This document shows positions 61,488 to 64,000 of a stretch of 64,000 nucleotides of DNA, in pieces. The notes beneath the pieces are model-generated. The model ran no database searches, was not told where the DNA came from, and saw nothing but the letters and a program-made list of their open reading frames with translations. Location of the stretch: positions 4,721 to 68,720 of IMG/VR virus record IMGVR_UViG_3300045938_000125; one strand, given 5' to 3'. The stretch is from a virus (taxonomy: Duplodnaviria; Caudoviricetes). Both the position numbers and the translations under genes were made by a program. Within the stretch, counting starts at the first letter, position 1. Each line of letters opens with the position of its first letter.

Positions 61488-63350
61488 ATGGTTCCAGCTG
61501 GCAGCGGCTACCCGCCCACGATTCTGAACCTCACCAATACCTGCAACGCCACCACGGGCGTGAGTGAGATTGCTTTTTCCTGCAACAAGGTAATTGCGGG
61601 CAGCATCCTGACCGTGAACCTGACCGATAAGCAGTCAGGCGCGGCGGTATGGTCGGATGGGTTCGGCGTCAACACGAATCAGCTGGCCTTCTTTATTTCC
61701 GGCACGGCCAACGGCAGCGACTACGTGCTCAACGCCGACAACGGCGAGGCATCGGTTTCAATCGACTTAACCGTCAACTGCACGGGCACCCCGCCGCCAG
61801 TGGGTGGGGGTGGCGCGCCGCCGCCGACGCCCGCGCCGACACTTGTTTACGGCTGCACCGACCCCGGCGCCGACAATTACGACCCGGCCGCCACGAGTGA
61901 CGATGGCAGCTGCGCCTACACCCCACGCCTGGCCCTGGCCACGGCCTTGCCCGAGCTGGCCCCGGTGGGCGTGCCGCTCGTGGCCACGCTGGCCAGCGCG
62001 CCGGTAGTCGGGGCCACGGCCGCGCCGGCCAGCGTGGTGCTCGACCTCGCCAACCTGCTGAGCACGGCCGTAGCCGTGCCCAGCCTCACGGCCTGGGTGC
62101 GGGTAGATGGCTACTTATTCACCTTCGGCCCGCTGATTGTGCCGGGCCGGTTTCTGGATGCGGCCAGCCTGCTGGATGCGCTGCGGGCGCAGCCCGTGCT
62201 GGCCGCCAGCTACGTGCTGCGGCCGGCGGGGCCGAAGGGCGTGCAGCTCACGGCCCGCACGCCGGGCCTGCCGGGCACGCCCACGGTGAGCGTGAGCAAT
62301 GTGCTGCTCGTGGCCGTGACGCCCACGGCGGGCGTGGCCGGCCTGCACAGCCAGCGCCGGCAGCGGTGGGGCTGCTTTCTGGAGGTGTGGGCCGGCTGCG
62401 GCAACGTGTTCGGCGGCCCGGTGAGCAAGGGGCCGGCCGTGCTGGCCCAGCGCCTGCCGCTCGACTACCGGGCCGATAACGTGTACGCCTTCGACATCGC
62501 GTCCGCCCTGCGCCAGTTCACGGGGCACGCCTACCCGCTGGCCGATGGCTCCTGTCCGGATAGGCTGGTGAGCTATTTCGTGCGCTACGGCGAGGAATAC
62601 GCCGACGCCCTGACCGGCCTGCGCACGGTGCGCACCGTCTACGAGAGTGAGATTGCCTGGGGCCTCGAAGCCATGGAGCTGCCGGCCCTGGTGCGCGGCG
62701 TGTACATGCTCAGCGCCCGCCCCGGCGCGTGGCCCGTGGCCGTGGGCGATAAGGTGCCCGCCTGGCTGCTGGGTAAGCCCAACCCCAACCTGCGCACGGT
62801 GGTGCGCTACCGGCTGGCCACGGCGCGCACTACCACCGACTACCTACCCGGCCACGACGTGGCCGGCGGGCAGGTAACCCAGGCCAACGACCGCCTGCGC
62901 GTGGCGGCCGGCGCGCTCAGCGGCGAGCTGCTGCTGCGCGATGCCGTGCGCGATACCGAAGACAGCTTTGCCCGGCTCCAGTTCAACGCCAGCGGGCCGG
63001 CGCTCACGTTCGCCAACCGGCAGGGCGGCTTCGATACCGTGTACTTCGGCGGCACGTCGGACCCCGGCAGCAAGCGCACGGCGGCGGGCTTCACCAATTC
63101 GGCCGGCGCCCAGCAGCTCAGTGCTGAGGTGGCGCTGCCCACCCGGCTGGTATCGGGCCTGCTCGACTTCGCGGGGTGGGACTGGCTGCGCCGTGAGTTG
63201 GGCGTGAGCCCGGCGGCGTGGCTGGAAACCAGCACCGGCCCGCAGGCCGTGCGCCTCGCCGACGTGGCGGCCGAAGGTGACCCGATTACGGGCAACTACA
63301 GCGTCACCGTGGACTACGAAACCGACCCCGTGCGGGGCCTGAGCAACTAA
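61488..63350 (+). CDS. Tail structural protein
   Basis: YGCTDPGADNYDPAATSDDGSC motif; C-terminus homologous to 7600..9348. Confidence 0.6.
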   Translation: MVPAGSGYPPTILNLTNTCNATTGVSEIAFSCNKVIAGSILTVNLTDKQSGAAVWSDGFGVNTNQLAFFISGTANGSDYVLNADNGEASVSIDLTVNCTGTPPPVGGGGAPPPTPAPTLVYGCTDPGADNYDPAATSDDGSCAYTPRLALATALPELAPVGVPLVATLASAPVVGATAAPASVVLDLANLLSTAVAVPSLTAWVRVDGYLFTFGPLIVPGRFLDAASLLDALRAQPVLAASYVLRPAGPKGVQLTARTPGLPGTPTVSVSNVLLVAVTPTAGVAGLHSQRRQRWGCFLEVWAGCGNVFGGPVSKGPAVLAQRLPLDYRADNVYAFDIASALRQFTGHAYPLADGSCPDRLVSYFVRYGEEYADALTGLRTVRTVYESEIAWGLEAMELPALVRGVYMLSARPGAWPVAVGDKVPAWLLGKPNPNLRTVVRYRLATARTTTDYLPGHDVAGGQVTQANDRLRVAAGALSGELLLRDAVRDTEDSFARLQFNASGPALTFANRQGGFDTVYFGGTSDPGSKRTAAGFTNSAGAQQLSAEVALPTRLVSGLLDFAGWDWLRRELGVSPAAWLETSTGPQAVRLADVAAEGDPITGNYSVTVDYETDPVRGLSN

Positions 63351-64000
63351 TGCGGCAGATTTGGCTATTCATCAACGGGCAGGCAGTCGATTTGCCGGCC
63401 AGCACCAAGGGGCTGGTAAAATTCAGCCAGGCCCGCGCCGCCCTCAGCGACGTGGCGGCGCGGGTGGGCGAGTACTCGTACCCCTTCACGCTGCCCGCCA
63501 GCCGCCGCAACGCGCAGGTATTCGGCGTGGATAAGCTGCACCCGCTGGCGCTCAATAAATTCGGCTACTACACCGATTACGCCTACGAGCTGCGGGCCGG
63601 GGGCCGGGTATTCTCGGGTACTTTCCGGCTTACTAGCCTCAAAAGCGGCTACACGGGCACTCTGCTGGGCGAGGGCCTGAGCTGGGCCATGCTGCTGGGC
63701 GATAGTAAGCTCACCGACCTCGAATTCGCGCCCATTGACTACGATGGCACGCAACTGGAAAGCATTCTGCAGAAAGACTGCGACGCCACCGATGTGCAGT
63801 TTCCGCTCGTGGCCTTCGGTAACTTCTTTTCGCCGCCGACTACGCGCACTTTACCCGATGGTAGCACCGAAGCGGTGCCCAGCCCGCCGGGCGCGCTGCT
63901 CGACTACCCGCTCAGCGTCGATGACTACCCGCCGGGCGTGTACTACGGCAACGTGCTCAGGCAGATATTTCGCGGCATCGGCTGGCAGCTGCAAAGCCGC
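63350..64000 (+). CDS. Tail tip / hub-like protein (3' truncated by window)
   Basis: TAATG start; MRQIWLFINGQAVDLP...GEYSYPFTLP homologous to 9341..11116; open to the window end. Confidence 0.75.
   Translation, partial: MRQIWLFINGQAVDLPASTKGLVKFSQARAALSDVAARVGEYSYPFTLPASRRNAQVFGVDKLHPLALNKFGYYTDYAYELRAGGRVFSGTFRLTSLKSGYTGTLLGEGLSWAMLLGDSKLTDLEFAPIDYDGTQLESILQKDCDATDVQFPLVAFGNFFSPPTTRTLPDGSTEAVPSPPGALLDYPLSVDDYPPGVYYGNVLRQIFRGIGWQLQSR

Larger units (their letters stand above)
40782..64000. mobile_element. Prophage B (temperate); right end lies outside the window
   Basis: Tyrosine integrase and HTH-S24 repressor divergent from early genes, then methylase, replication protein with iterons, a second terminase pair and tail genes. 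Confidence 0.92.

Overview
The window is entirely prophage DNA: two unrelated temperate long-tailed prophages lying head-to-tail. The host is a high-GC Bacteroidota; TAnnTTTG promoters, no Shine-Dalgarno motifs and Bacteroidota-type phage genes support that, and a Hymenobacter-like host is my inference. Prophage A (<1-~40.78 kb) runs early/replication genes, a serine recombinase, tail-tip genes, head genes, a ParB + glycosyltransferase pair, several moron-like cassettes, terminase/portal, lysis and tape measure. At ~40.75-40.80 kb there is a 34-bp palindromic terminator and a 16-nt fragment resembling a tRNA 3' end (putative att site). Prophage B (40.8->64 kb) runs integrase, CI/S24 repressor, recombination, methylase, replication, terminase and tail genes. 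Top observations: (1) a promoter-proximal ~125-nt structured RNA in front of a small acidic ORF (20.2-20.7 kb); (2) a cassette of DUF932 + an ATPase-less RarA/MgsA C-terminal domain + a protein ending in an SSB-like tail (EDDDCPF); (3) a 19/20-bp inverted repeat whose only mismatch is the A of the recombinase start codon; (4) an 8-copy late-promoter motif in A, three copies with hairpins that could lock translation on read-through RNA, and a different 3-copy motif in B; (5) a hidden -1 frameshift in B's tail chaperone; (6) a ~1.48-kb tail module shared between the two prophages; (7) a ParB/TAGT-like DNA-modification pair with no obvious substrate-making enzyme. No CRISPR array, rRNA, intact tRNA, IS element or reverse transcriptase was seen. 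All family assignments are from motif recognition by eye, not database searches.
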